Part shown: piece after piece, positions 29,366 to 39,875 of the stretch
Layout of the letters: each line of letters opens with the position of its first letter
How positions within the stretch are numbered: the stretch's first letter is position 1
Assembly: GCA_965215565.1 (NCBI GenBank)
Contig: CBDCDZ010000004.1
Coordinates: forward strand, 4,160,001 to 4,224,000
Source: Trueperaceae bacterium
GTDB taxonomy: Bacteria; Deinococcota; Deinococci; Deinococcales; Trueperaceae
Length of the DNA stretch: 64,000 bases
Direction: 5' to 3'
Program-made: the position numbers and the translations under genes
The notes under the pieces: generated by a model
What the model was told of the DNA's origin: nothing
What the model saw: the letters and a program-made list of their open reading frames with translations, nothing else
The model's database searches: none

Positions 29366-30354
29366 AGAGGTGGCAGCGTCGTCGTGTAGCTCCTTACGCG
29401 GTTTCTGCCCGCGCGCTTCGCTTCGTAGAGGGCGCGGTCCGCTCGGTTGATGAACGTTTCCAGGTCATCTTTCCGGCGCGGTGTAAGCGACGCAACGCCT
29501 AGACTGAGCGTGACGTTGGGACCGTACGGCGAGCAGTCGTGCGGCAGTTGCAGCGCCTCGACGCCCGTACGAAGCTTCTCCGCCACCACCTCCGCGCCGC
29601 GAATATCGGTGTTGGGTAAGATGACGGCGAACTCTTCACCGCCGTAGCGAGCCACTAAGTCACCCGCGCGGTGCGGGTGTTGGGCGAGGGTCTGCGCGAC
29701 CGTCCTCAGACATTCGTCGCCCTGCTGGTGTCCGTAGCCGTCGTTATAGGGCTTAAAGGCGTCGATGTCGCAGAGGATGAGCGAGAGCGAGGTTTGCTGC
29801 CGCACGGCGCGTCGCCACTCTAAGGCTAGTGCGTCGTCGAAGCGCCGCCGGTTGGCGATGCCCGTAAGACCGTCCAAAAAGGAGAGGGACTCGAGCCGCC
29901 GGTTCGCCTCTTTGAGTTCCGCCATCAGCCGCTCCAACTCCCGCTCACGCGCCTTACGCGCGTCCGTTTCGTGCTTGAGCTGCAGCGCGGCGCGGACCCG
30001 CGCGGTTAGTTCGGCTTTGCTGGGCGGCTTGATGATGTAGTCGTTGACGCCTGCAGAAAACGCCTCTTGGAGCGTGCTTAAATCGTGGCTCGCCGTCACG
30101 ATGATGACTGAAATATCCCTTAGGTGCGCCTCGCGTTTCATGATGGCGCAGGCTTCGGTGCCGCTCAGTCCCGGCATGTTCTTGTCCAACAAGATGAGGT
30201 CCACTTCGTCGGCGACGTTCGGACCCTTCGTTCTCAAAAAGTCGAAGAGTTGATGGGCACTCTCGAAGGTGCCCACGTCCGCGTAGCCGACCTCTTGCAA
30301 GACGGTGCTCAGCACGCGGCGCTGTGAAGCGGAGTCGTCAACGATGAGAATCAT
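29362..30354 (-). CDS. REC-GGDEF diguanylate cyclase (PleD/WspR-like)
   Basis: ILIVDD receiver; DGLTG.ANRR; RAGD I-site; GGEEF. Confidence 0.92.
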   Translation of the reverse strand: MILIVDDSASQRRVLSTVLQEVGYADVGTFESAHQLFDFLRTKGPNVADEVDLILLDKNMPGLSGTEACAIMKREAHLRDISVIIVTASHDLSTLQEAFSAGVNDYIIKPPSKAELTARVRAALQLKHETDARKARERELERLMAELKEANRRLESLSFLDGLTGIANRRRFDDALALEWRRAVRQQTSLSLILCDIDAFKPYNDGYGHQQGDECLRTVAQTLAQHPHRAGDLVARYGGEEFAVILPNTDIRGAEVVAEKLRTGVEALQLPHDCSPYGPNVTLSLGVASLTPRRKDDLETFINRADRALYEAKRAGRNRVRSYTTTLPPL

Positions 30355-30467
30355 AGGCTCGCGGTAAGGCTCGAGAATAACGGCAAGAACGGTGTAACAT
30401 ACAGTCACTCAATCTACCCAAATTTATACCTCTTGCACCGTCAGGTAATTCACGTCCGCGCGAGCTG

Positions 30468-31583
30468 TTAAGTTTGAACGTGCCGCGCTGCAACCTCTCC
30501 CCACACGCCTCTCGGCAGCGGATGAACGCCCGCTCGCCAGGTTGCGCCCTCAGAGACCATGAATTCGAGCCCCGCTACCATCACTGCCAAGGTCAAGTCA
30601 AAGGCGTTCAAGCTGTCACCGTGACCTGCCGTGAGGTTCGCCATCGAGCCGCCCGCGAAGAGGTACACCGTCTTGCCGTCTATCTCGCACGCTTCAACGA
30701 AGGGGATGACCTCTCGCCGCGTTCCCAGCTTTGAGAGGTTGATCTCATTGGCGACGTGACCGACGTTGAGCAAGAAACACCCTGGCTTGAGGTGGCGGAT
30801 GACCTCTTCGCCGATCACGTCTGGGACGCCTGTCGCTGTAACGACGACGTCGGCGCGTTCGGCGAGGTCCGTTAGCTCGCTGGTATGCCAGCCCGCGTAA
30901 GTTGCGCTCAACCTTCTCGCGGCGTCCCTTTCGGTTATGCTCACCGCGCCGCCGAACGCTCTAGCCGCCTCCGCCACGCCTTGCCCCACGAGACCGTACC
31001 CGACCACGACGACGCGCTTGCCGTGGAGTGAGAGCTGCGTGCGCTCGCAAAAGGTCTGCCAGGTGGAAAGCCCAACGAGATAACGGTTGTGGAGCCCCTC
31101 TTTGATGGGCAAGTCGTCCCAGTTGAAGACCGGATAGCGCAGCGCCACCTTCTCTTGTAAGCGTTGTAAGCGGCTGATGCCTGAGCCTGTCGCCTCGAGC
31201 CCCGCACGGACGGAGGTCTCGCCGCGCTCATGCGCTGCGACGCTCAAGTCTGCGCCCATCTCGCAGGTGTGCGTAGGCTGCCACTCGAGCCCCCGCCGCA
31301 CCCCCTCTTTGGTGTCCGCATTCCTCATTCCCTGCCACGCATGGACCGTTGCGCCTCTTTGCTCGAGATACGCCGCCACCTCACCTCGTACCGTTGTTCT
31401 ATTACACGTCGTTAAGAAGAGGTCGGCACCTCTTTCTAAACATGCCTCCAACGCCGGGACCATCTTGAGGTCTAAATGTACCGAGCAGGCGAGGCGCACG
31501 CCGCGCAAGTCGGGCAGACGTTCGCAAAGAGCGCGCGTCAGCGGCATGTTGAGCCGCGCCCACGCGAGCGACCGCTCGAACAT
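30468..31583 (-). CDS. Adenosylhomocysteinase-like protein (divergent)
   Basis: WAR.NMP, VVVGYG.VG.G.A NAD site, VVTATG, NVGH..EI, ANL.AG.G. Confidence 0.78.
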   Translation of the reverse strand: MFERSLAWARLNMPLTRALCERLPDLRGVRLACSVHLDLKMVPALEACLERGADLFLTTCNRTTVRGEVAAYLEQRGATVHAWQGMRNADTKEGVRRGLEWQPTHTCEMGADLSVAAHERGETSVRAGLEATGSGISRLQRLQEKVALRYPVFNWDDLPIKEGLHNRYLVGLSTWQTFCERTQLSLHGKRVVVVGYGLVGQGVAEAARAFGGAVSITERDAARRLSATYAGWHTSELTDLAERADVVVTATGVPDVIGEEVIRHLKPGCFLLNVGHVANEINLSKLGTRREVIPFVEACEIDGKTVYLFAGGSMANLTAGHGDSLNAFDLTLAVMVAGLEFMVSEGATWRAGVHPLPRGVWGEVAARHVQT

Positions 31584-32002
31584 CACTCGTCGCCGTGAAT
31601 GGTGACGGTGATTTTCCTGGACCCCCCTCGCTCGCGGTGCTCGCACAGGTAAATCCCCTGCCACGTGCCGAGCATAGGTCTGCCGTCCTTGATGGGGATG
31701 GAGAGCGAGAAGCCTAGCAGCGACGCTTTGATGTGCGCGGGCATGTCGTCTGGACCTTCTAACGTGTGCCGAAAATAGTCCGCGCCGTCCGGCACCATCC
31801 GCCGGAAGTGCCGCTCGAAGTCGCCGCGCACGTCACGAGAAGCGTTCTCGTTGAGGGTCAAGCTCGCGGAGGTGTGCTGGATAAAGAGGTGCATGAGACC
31901 GACGCGGACGTTCGTCTCCACCTGAGACATGACCTCATCGGTGACGAGGTGAAAGCCGCGCGCTTTCGGGCTGAGTTGAACGGTTTGCTGAAACCAAGAC
32001 AT
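31583..32002 (-). CDS. yjbQ: YjbQ/UPF0047 family protein
   Basis: HTSASLTLNENA, EGPDDMPAHIK, LGTWQGIYLCEHR. Confidence 0.92.
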   Translation of the reverse strand: MSWFQQTVQLSPKARGFHLVTDEVMSQVETNVRVGLMHLFIQHTSASLTLNENASRDVRGDFERHFRRMVPDGADYFRHTLEGPDDMPAHIKASLLGFSLSIPIKDGRPMLGTWQGIYLCEHRERGGSRKITVTIHGDE

Positions 32003-32129
32003 ACCGCATTCTTTCATGTGAACCCCGCCAGGACAAGCAGCGCCCACAGAGAAGCGCTCATAAAAAGAGAACACCCACGGGTGCATCTAAAAAACCGGGG
32101 GGTGCTGATAGGCTAAAATGTAGGATGAA

Positions 32130-32307
32130 TAGCAGGTATCATCTGGTCAGAGTGAACGAAGTTATGCGAAGCAACACGCTCACTTTATAAAACGATGTTT
32201 CGCTTTGCGAAAAGTGCCTAACTAGCACGCACTTCAAGGGATGAGACCCTTGCCGGAAGCAAAACTTCGTAAGCGCTCAACTGTCTCAATGTATCGCGAA
32301 ACTGCTG
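32130..32307 (+). mobile_element. MITE-like element with 3-bp TSD GAA
   Basis: TAGCAGGT...AACTGCTG ends; flanks GAA/GAA; homologous to 37994 and 58956. Confidence 0.85.
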
Positions 32308-32651
32308 GAAGAAGCTAAAGTGGGAGCGGAATTGCCAACAGCGTATAGGCGTACCTCTTGAAAAGAGCGAGGAGCTAAAGGGCTTTACTGAGTTAGGCGG
32401 TGAGTCAATTGGCGGAGCGAACCTTGCCACATATTATGACCTATCCTAATCTCTGGACACACCTATATCCTCACCTTGCCATCATTCATCCCATCCCATG
32501 TTAAACTGTGCATGGCGAAGGACCTTTGACGTCCAACCTTCCACTTAGACCACGACATCTTGCACCTTCTCGCGCGACCGGCTTTTTTCGTGAAGCATTG
32601 ACGGCGTGAATGTACAACTGAAGCTCACGGGGCAGCTTTAGGAGGCAGAGG

Positions 32652-32933
32652 ATGGCGAAAATAGAGACCAAAACAGTGACTAAAGTCGAAATTTACGGCA
32701 CGGACTGGTGCGGTTTGACCCAGAGCTTCCGCGATGACCTCACCTCAGCAGAGGTTCCCTTCGAGTACCACAACATCGAACGCGATAGCGAGGCGGAAGG
32801 GCAAGTCATCGAGATGAACGGCGGTAAGCGCAAGTTTCCGATGGTGGTAGTCGGCGATACGGCTCTCAAGAACCCGGCTTTAGAGGAACTCGACGCGGCG
32901 CTCAGCGAGTTGGGGCTGCTCGGCAAACACTGA
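32652..32933 (+). CDS. Glutaredoxin/mycoredoxin-like protein
   Basis: YG.DWCGLT, NGG.R.FP, L.NP; SD GGAGG. Confidence 0.82.
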   Translation: MAKIETKTVTKVEIYGTDWCGLTQSFRDDLTSAEVPFEYHNIERDSEAEGQVIEMNGGKRKFPMVVVGDTALKNPALEELDAALSELGLLGKH

Positions 32934-32976
32934 TTTGAAGCTACTAATCTAAAGATACTGGTGCGCGCTTCAAACC

Positions 32977-34056
32977 TCAGTCGGGGATGACCGGCGCGAG
33001 TTTTGGTGCGCCGCCCGAGAGGTCGAGTGCGACGCGGTAGAGCAGCGTGTAGCGCTCCCCTCGCATTTGCACCCCGAGGTCCAGCGTCCCGCGCGCCCAG
33101 GTGCTCGGAACCGTCACGCTGAGCGTGCGCCCGCGCACCTCCGGTTCGGTGTAGTCGCCGTTCAGCCAAGCGCCGAGCGTGTTTCTGGGCGGCGCGGCGA
33201 AGGTGAAGTCGGCGCGGTAGACGCGGCTCACCTGGAGTTGCCTCGAGACCCCTTCGATCTTCGCAAGCTCGCGCGGCGCGCTGCCCGAGGGCTGCCAGCG
33301 CCCGTCCGCGAGGAGCCAACCGTCGTCGTGTAGGATAAACCCGCCCGTTTCGCCGGGGCCACGCACGCCGACGCGTAGGTGGAGGGACGAGGCATCATCC
33401 GCCGTGAAGCTCAGCACGTGCCGTCCCGCCCCTAAAACCTCGCTGGGCAAAGGCGTCACGCCGTGAAAGAGCGCGACCTCTTTCGCTCGGGGCAGGGTCA
33501 ACGCGACTTCGACGCGGTAGCTCTCGCTGAGCCTCGAGGTCACTTGGGCGCGCTGCACCTCTACGGGTTGCGCGGCGAGCACCTGCGCGACGAAGACGCG
33601 CCCGCTGACGTCTCTCGCTGCGCCGAAGCCTACGTGGGTGAAGGAGGGCTCCAGCAGGTTTCGGCGGTGTCCGGGGCTCTCCATCCAGCCCTGTACGCTC
33701 CTCTGCGCGGTCTCTTGCGCGCCGACGAGCGCCAAATTCTCGCCTACGCTGAGCGCCGCCGAGCCCGCCCGCGCGACGCGCTTGCCGAGCGTGGCGTTGT
33801 CCGGCGTCGGTGAACTGTGCGAGAAGAAGTTGAGGTCTCTCATCTCCCGCGCGTGGTGCCGCGCCGCGAGCGCCAACGCCTCGTCTGGAAGGAGCGTACT
33901 ACGTCCCGCGCGCCTGCGCTCGCCGTTCGTGAGGTCTAAAAGATCGCGCTCTAGGCGCGCGTCCGCCGGGATGTACGTGTAACTCGCCGGAAAGACCTGA
34001 GCGTTGGCAACGTTCAAAAGGAGAAGTAGGAGGCAAAAGCGCAGGCTGAGGGTCAT
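32977..34056 (-). CDS. Secreted CAP (SCP/Tpx) domain protein
   Basis: LTNGERR, FFSHSSP, GENLA, WMESPGHRRNLL. Confidence 0.88.
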   Translation of the reverse strand: MTLSLRFCLLLLLLNVANAQVFPASYTYIPADARLERDLLDLTNGERRRAGRSTLLPDEALALAARHHAREMRDLNFFSHSSPTPDNATLGKRVARAGSAALSVGENLALVGAQETAQRSVQGWMESPGHRRNLLEPSFTHVGFGAARDVSGRVFVAQVLAAQPVEVQRAQVTSRLSESYRVEVALTLPRAKEVALFHGVTPLPSEVLGAGRHVLSFTADDASSLHLRVGVRGPGETGGFILHDDGWLLADGRWQPSGSAPRELAKIEGVSRQLQVSRVYRADFTFAAPPRNTLGAWLNGDYTEPEVRGRTLSVTVPSTWARGTLDLGVQMRGERYTLLYRVALDLSGGAPKLAPVIPD

Positions 34057-34339
34057 GATACGTCACTATAGAGAGAGGTCACGCTCGAGGGCGTGACCCG
34101 TGTCAAACCCTGTGTCCGAATGGCAGAAATGTCCGTCATCTTACACATTTCTATCGCTTCACGCGAGGAGATAAGCCTTATAAAGATTCCGGGTGAATCC
34201 ATCACAAAATGCATTCGCACCCCTGCGCTACTCACCGGAACCCGTCGCTGTTTTTGCTCGCATCCACTCGGATTGAACGCACGACTCACCATGTGTTTAA
34301 CCGGAAAGGGCAGTACTTTGTGCTCGAGCAAATAGCAAC

Positions 34340-34852
34340 CTAGCGGACGTAGAAGCTCGTGCGCGCCACGTCGCGCACCTCATAGCTGCGGATGTCGCTC
34401 TCGATGGTCTGCGTCCAGACGTCTTCGCCGCTACGCCCCCTATAGATGACGCGCTCCGTGTCGGTCTCGCGCGGGGTAAACGACGCGCGGACGCGGTTGA
34501 GACCCCTCGGTCCGCCCACCTGATAACTTACGCGGCTGTCCAGGCTCGGGATGAGGTTTGTCCTGCCGCCGCGGACGAAGATGTTGCGCCCGAACACGTC
34601 GATGGAGCCGTCGGGGTTGAGCGAGGTCAGCGTGAGGTAGCCGTCGCGCGTGGTGCGCACGCGGAAGCTGATGTCGTCGCCGATATCGTAGCTCGCGCCG
34701 CCGCCCCTGTCGGGCTCGAACTCGGTGATAATGTCGTTGTACTCTTGACCGCCTAAGCCAGGGCTGACCGAGGTGCCGTCTGGGGTGACGTAAATCGTGC
34801 ACGCCGATAAGAGCGCGCTCAGGGCGATGAAAGCTAAGATGGAGCGAATCAT
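34340..34852 (-). CDS. DUF4384-like lipoprotein
   Basis: LSAC lipobox; Y.IGD.ISF.V....DGYL.L....PDG. Confidence 0.75.
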   Translation of the reverse strand: MIRSILAFIALSALLSACTIYVTPDGTSVSPGLGGQEYNDIITEFEPDRGGGASYDIGDDISFRVRTTRDGYLTLTSLNPDGSIDVFGRNIFVRGGRTNLIPSLDSRVSYQVGGPRGLNRVRASFTPRETDTERVIYRGRSGEDVWTQTIESDIRSYEVRDVARTSFYVR

Positions 34853-35019
34853 GGGTGGTCTCCTCAGTGCAACGGGTGTGGTCAACGTAGCTAGGGTTCT
34901 AGGTTGCGTTGACACCTCGAGTTCACCCTCACAGGGCTCGAGGCTGACTCAATAACGACGTCGATCTTTCAGCGCTAAAGAAGCGAGCGCGGCTTAATAA
35001 GGAGTGTAGCAAGCTTCTA

Positions 35020-35538
35020 TTAAGCCGCGCCTAAGCGTTTCATGAAGAGGTTTTTAACGACTTCGCCTCTCGAGGGGTTCGGTGATGTTTGCTGAAGCAA
35101 CCTTGGCTCAGCTACGCCGTGCACCTCGTTCTGTAGAGATTCTGTAGAGCGTAAGCGTGACCTACTGCCCTCCTGGTGCTGTTTCTCCTGACTAGGTGCC
35201 GCGTCTCTCTGATTACCGGTCACGAGGTAGGGCAAGTCGCTCTGGTGATACTCCCCGGTCTCGTCAAACCAGAAGATGTAGGAGCCCGCTGCGGTCTCGT
35301 TGCCGTTGGAGAGTGTACCCGAGGCGCGGTTCACCTTGCCGTCCACCGCGCCGCTATAGATGGGCGTGCCGTCCAGGGCGTAAAGCGTAATGTACATGCG
35401 CCCACCTGTAAAGTCCTGGATGTCGCGGCGGATGCGGTTCTGGGTCTCGTTGCGGCAGCTTGCAAGCGCGGTGACGAGGAGCAGGAGTGTGAGGGCGAGG
35501 ATGAATTTCTTGGTGACCGTTTTGCGAAGGGTTTGCAC
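35020..35538 (-). CDS. Hypothetical lipoprotein (C-terminal extent uncertain)
   Basis: LASC lipobox, SD GGAGG before GTG. Confidence 0.6.
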   Translation of the reverse strand: MQTLRKTVTKKFILALTLLLLVTALASCRNETQNRIRRDIQDFTGGRMYITLYALDGTPIYSGAVDGKVNRASGTLSNGNETAAGSYIFWFDETGEYHQSDLPYLVTGNQRDAAPSQEKQHQEGSRSRLRSTESLQNEVHGVAEPRLLQQTSPNPSRGEVVKNLFMKRLGAA

Positions 35539-35919
35539 GGTTGAGCCTCCTGAAAGTTTGATGTTCCAAGTATATCGCGTATAGAGCTTTGTGCCGCGTA
35601 TCGGTTATGTTCTTGCGAGGACGCAGAAGGAAATCATTGTGAGGTTGGGTGCCAGTATGTAGAAAGGTTGAGGGTTCTAAGTCGAATGCCGCCGCGCGCT
35701 CTTTCTGCCGTCTCCGCATGATGAACAAGGGGTTGAAACCCCTTGCTGTAGCGCCTGTATCATTCCAGATAGAACCACTACCAAAAGGCTTTTCACACTG
35801 AGATCAGTTGAGCTAGCGTAAGCTCTCACACAACAAGTGGTTCTGACCCACGATGTGTGACTGCTGAACATTTGCTCGCTGCTACTCTCAATGGTTTCTC
35901 CCGCTCACCTCGAGCCAAA

Positions 35920-35950
35920 TTGACACAATAACACTCAAATAATGTATATT
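35920..35950 (+). promoter_or_regulatory. HAIR-like HspR operator overlapping the dnaJ-hspR promoter
   Basis: TTGACA-N7-ACTCAA versus HAIR TTGAGT-N7-ACTCAA; TATATT -10 box 7 nt before GTG 35958. Confidence 0.7.
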
Positions 35951-35957
35951 AAACAGA

Positions 35958-36896
35958 GTGACTAAAACGCTTCGCAACCCCTATGAGGTCTTAAGACTTA
36001 CGAGCAGCGCTGACTCCGCCGAGATCAAGGCGGCGTACCGCCGCTTGGCCCTGCAGTACCACCCTGACCGCAACCCCGGTGACAAGGGGGCGGAGGAACG
36101 CTTCAAGGAGATCAGCGAGGCGTACGCGACGCTCCGTGACCCCGAGGCTAGGGCGCGTTACGACCGCTTCGGCAGCACGCGCCCGCAGGCGAGCCGCCCC
36201 GACTTTAACACGGTGGACTGGCAGACCATCTTCCAAGAGGCGGACATCGACATCGACTGGAGCCAGCGCAACGCGGTGCCGCGTACGGGCAACGCTGTTT
36301 TCGACGCGCTCTTCGGTGCGATGACCGGGATGATGCGCACCTCGGGGATGCTGCCCGGCGAAAACCGCGAGGTGGGCATAGAGGTGCAACTCGCCGAGTT
36401 GCGAGGGGGCAGCGTGCGGCGCGTGCGCATTCCGGGACCGAGCATCTGCGCGACGTGTTACGGCAAAGGGGTCCTAAACAGTGGGCGCATGTGCGAAGTG
36501 TGCGGTGGGCGCGGCTTCGTGCGTAGCGGCGCAGAAGTCGAGGTCAAGGTGCCCAAGGGCGCGAAAGATGGTCTCAAGCTGCGCCTCAAAGAACTCGGCG
36601 GGCCGGGGCGTCCGCCCGGCGACGCTTACGTGACGCTCCGCGCGGCGCTGCCGCCGGGGGCGCGGCTCGAGGACAACGGCACCCTTCACGCCGACCTCGC
36701 CGTGACCCCCTTCGAGGCGGAGCGCGGCGTGACTACGGCGTTTTTGGGCGTGAACGTGGACGTCCCCAAAGGTGCAACCGAGGGCGAGGTTATCCGCGTG
36801 CCCGGCGGCGGTTTGGCGGGGCGCGACTTGCTCGTCACACTCCGCGTCGGCGTGTGGTCGGGGCTGTGGCGGCGCGTGCGCGGCGCGCTGAGCTAG
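35958..36896 (+). CDS. dnaJ: DnaJ-class chaperone
   Basis: J domain with HPD; two CxxCxGxG repeats; C-terminal domain. Confidence 0.88.
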   Translation: MTKTLRNPYEVLRLTSSADSAEIKAAYRRLALQYHPDRNPGDKGAEERFKEISEAYATLRDPEARARYDRFGSTRPQASRPDFNTVDWQTIFQEADIDIDWSQRNAVPRTGNAVFDALFGAMTGMMRTSGMLPGENREVGIEVQLAELRGGSVRRVRIPGPSICATCYGKGVLNSGRMCEVCGGRGFVRSGAEVEVKVPKGAKDGLKLRLKELGGPGRPPGDAYVTLRAALPPGARLEDNGTLHADLAVTPFEAERGVTTAFLGVNVDVPKGATEGEVIRVPGGGLAGRDLLVTLRVGVWSGLWRRVRGALS

Positions 36897-36939
36897 GGGC
36901 AGTTTAGGTGCTGAGCGAGAGGCACTTGGAGAGGACGAT

Positions 36940-37365
36940 ATGAGTGACGACGTGAACAAAGGTGAAAGCGCAGACGACGCGGAAGCCAAGGCTGGCGTCA
37001 ATCAGGATAGACCCCTTTACGTCATCAGTGTAGCCGCAGAACTCGTCGATATGCACCCGCAGACGCTGCGGCTTTACGAACGCAAAGGCTTGATCGAGCC
37101 GAGCCGCTCGTCGGGCAAAACGCGCCTCTACTCGCAGCGCGACATCACCCACCTGCGCGAAATCCGGCGGCTCACCCAAGAGTTGGGCGTCAACTTAGCG
37201 GGCGTCGAAGAGATCATCCGTTTGCGCCGCGAACTCGATACGCTTCAGGGGCGCATGGAAGGGCGCATCGGCGAGTTATCCTCGGAGCTGAGCGAGAAGA
37301 TGCAGACCTACCGCGCGAAGGGGGCACTAGGTCCGCCTGAGGATGAGCCGGAAGAGGGTAAGTGA
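36940..37365 (+). CDS. hspR: Heat-shock repressor HspR (MerR family)
   Basis: [29 protein letters not shown]; follows dnaJ. Confidence 0.92.
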   Translation: MSDDVNKGESADDAEAKAGVNQDRPLYVISVAAELVDMHPQTLRLYERKGLIEPSRSSGKTRLYSQRDITHLREIRRLTQELGVNLAGVEEIIRLRRELDTLQGRMEGRIGELSSELSEKMQTYRAKGALGPPEDEPEEGK

Positions 37366-37501
37366 CCCACCAACCTTGCGATAAAGTCCCCTTTGCCAAC
37401 TCGGTGAGCGGAGTTTTTACTATTTGCAAGCATTTCAGTACGGCACGGCGCGTAAACGAACGTTGATCTGTTTTAGAGATGTACTCAAAATGCTATTCGC
37501 T

Positions 37502-37780
37502 CTAAGATACTGCTAAGAGTTGGTTACGGCTTAAAAAAGCGTCGAGCTTGGCGCGGCTAAAGCCCGACATGCTCGCGGCGTCGCCCTTATAGACGAGCGT
37601 CGGCACGCTTCTGCGTCCGCCGTTGACGCTCATGACGTAGTCGGCTGCGCCTTCGACGTGCTCGATGTTGATCTCTTCGAAGGGGACTTGGAGCTTCTGC
37701 AAAAAGGTCTTCGTCACGTGGCAGTCGCCGCACCAAGAGGTGGTGTACATCTGAACTTTATCGGTCTGAGGGGTATTCAT
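37502..37780 (-). CDS. Glutaredoxin/mycoredoxin-like protein
   Basis: MYTTSWCGDC, VNGGRRSVPT. Confidence 0.88.
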   Translation of the reverse strand: MNTPQTDKVQMYTTSWCGDCHVTKTFLQKLQVPFEEINIEHVEGAADYVMSVNGGRRSVPTLVYKGDAASMSGFSRAKLDAFLSRNQLLAVS

Positions 37781-37993
37781 CGGGGTCTCCTAAGGCTTTA
37801 CAGTTATATCTAACAGTATGCTGCAAGCGCGCCGCGCCGCCGCACTAATTTTTCTCTCGAGTTAAGTCGTTGGTTTGTCGTCCACCTGGATAAGAACTGG
37901 AGCGGACCGTCCTAGTACAAATTATCATGCGCTCATTCGCCGCTTGTGTCGTGGACGTCATAGCTTCTTTGGGGGAAGGCGCTACGAAACAGA

Positions 37994-38200
37994 TAACAGG
38001 TATCATCTGGTCAGAGTGTACGAAGTTTTGCGAAGCAACACTCGCACTTTGTAAAACGATGTTTCACTGCGTGAAAACTACGTAACTAGCACGCACTTCA
38101 AGGGATGAAATCCCGCAACGGCAGGGCGGCCTGCCCGTAACGCTAGTCCTTGCGGACAGAGATCTGCGCTCAACTGTCTCAATATGTTGTGGAACTGCTA
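37994..38200 (+). mobile_element. MITE-like element with 3-bp TSD AGA
   Basis: TAACAGGT...AACTGCTA; flanks AGA/AGA; homologous to 32130. Confidence 0.85.
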
Positions 38201-38376
38201 AGAATAAAAGACCTTTCTATTCCACCTTCTTATAGTCTCGATTCTTTCCACCTGCGGCGCTCTATACCCTGCATCACTCGCAGTCTCACAGGCAATCAAT
38301 GTGTGTGCTGACGCCACATAATGTAAGCTGTGTTTCGATAGCGTGAGAACGCATACTTTACTAAGGAGGTTTTACT

Positions 38377-39756
38377 GTGATTCACGCCGTAACACGTATG
38401 ACCGTCACCTGCTTCTTTCTGCTCGCGCCTTTTGCCGCCGCGCAAACGATTGTCGAGGTGGCGCAGGACAACTCGGACTTGAGCACGCTCGTCGAGGCGT
38501 TAGAGGCGGCTGACCTCACCCAGACGCTTTCGGGTGAAGGACCCTTCACCGTCTTCGCGCCGGTCAACTTAGCCTTTGAGAAGCTGCCGCAAGGACAGCT
38601 CAATGCGCTTTTAGAAGACGGTGACGCGCTCCGCCAGATTCTCACTTATCACGTCGTGCCGGGACAGTTCGCCACTTCCGACATCTCAGCGGACATGACC
38701 GAGTTCGACACGGTGCAGGGCAGCGCGCTACCCATCACGCAAATTGGCGTAGGACAAGCGGCGGTCACGGCGGTCAACATCGAGGCGTCAAACGGCGTGA
38801 TTTACCTTATCGACTCCGTGCTGACGCCCCCGGATTTCGAGATGTCCGAAACGGGCGGGGCGAGTACGGGCGGCAGTATGGGCGACAGCATGACAGGCGG
38901 CGGTGGCGGCGCGTACACGAGTAACGCCACACGTACTGTTCGCTACGCTATCGACGCGCAAGGGGACAGCGGCGTGAGCGGTTCCGTTTTGATCGCTGAA
39001 TACAATCCTCAGTCCGGGACGCGCTCGAGCGGGCAGACCGTGATCACGCTGTCGCTCTCCGGCACGCCCGAGGATGGAACGCACCCCGCCGAACTGCGCA
39101 TGGGCGACTGCGGCGAGGAGGGGGAGGTTGTGCTCCCCCTCGAGAACGTCGACGGCAGCACCGGCTTGAGCACGTCGGTGACAGACACCTCATTTGGCGC
39201 AATCACAGGCGCGGACCACGCGCTTAACGTCTACTTCTCGCCCGACGACACCGAGAGCGCGGTGGCGTGCGGCGAAATCGGCAGCGGGGCGGACGAGCTG
39301 TCGCCCATGAGCGATGATGACATGTCTAGCAGTATGACGGGTGGCGACGTGACCAGTAGCGACGTGACTGGTGGTGCAAGCAGTGAAGAGCAGGGTCTTT
39401 TAGAAACAGTCTTTTATGAGATTTATCCGAACGAAGGGTATGACGTAGAGGGCACCGTGCAGGTCGTTGAGAACGCCGAGACGGGCGGCGCACGGGTTGT
39501 TATTTCCTTGCAAAACACCACCGAGGGGGAGGTGCACCCCGCACACTTCCACGCGGGAAGCTGCGGTGACGGCGGCGACATCATCGTGCCGTTAGAGAGC
39601 GTCGACGGGGAGAGCGGCTCGAGCGTCACCGACACGGACACCTCATTCGAGGAGATCACCTCTTCGAACTTTTACATCAACATCCACCTTTCGCCCGAGG
39701 AGCTAAGCACCATCGTGGCGTGTGGTGAGGTGGGGCAGGGCGCGGGAGACCAGTAA
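38377..39756 (+). CDS. Secreted fasciclin-domain protein with two CHRD/Cu-Zn-SOD-like domains
   Basis: GPFTVFAP, LTYHVV, NGVIYLIDSVL; repeats HPA.....C and N.H......VACGE. Confidence 0.8.
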   Translation: MIHAVTRMTVTCFFLLAPFAAAQTIVEVAQDNSDLSTLVEALEAADLTQTLSGEGPFTVFAPVNLAFEKLPQGQLNALLEDGDALRQILTYHVVPGQFATSDISADMTEFDTVQGSALPITQIGVGQAAVTAVNIEASNGVIYLIDSVLTPPDFEMSETGGASTGGSMGDSMTGGGGGAYTSNATRTVRYAIDAQGDSGVSGSVLIAEYNPQSGTRSSGQTVITLSLSGTPEDGTHPAELRMGDCGEEGEVVLPLENVDGSTGLSTSVTDTSFGAITGADHALNVYFSPDDTESAVACGEIGSGADELSPMSDDDMSSSMTGGDVTSSDVTGGASSEEQGLLETVFYEIYPNEGYDVEGTVQVVENAETGGARVVISLQNTTEGEVHPAHFHAGSCGDGGDIIVPLESVDGESGSSVTDTDTSFEEITSSNFYINIHLSPEELSTIVACGEVGQGAGDQ

Positions 39757-39875
39757 AGCGCTTCATTAAGCTCGGCGAAGCGAGTAAACACTAGGTGCGC
39801 ACACGAGACTTCTGTTATATTTGCCACAGAGATACTCAAGTCGACACCTAAGACATTATCAAACAGGAGGCAGGA

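Noticed and set aside
32218..32430. Short ORFs in repeat regions (also 58802-59053, 59185-59473, 35677-35871)
   Set aside because: They lie mostly in MITE/intergenic DNA with no recognisable motifs.
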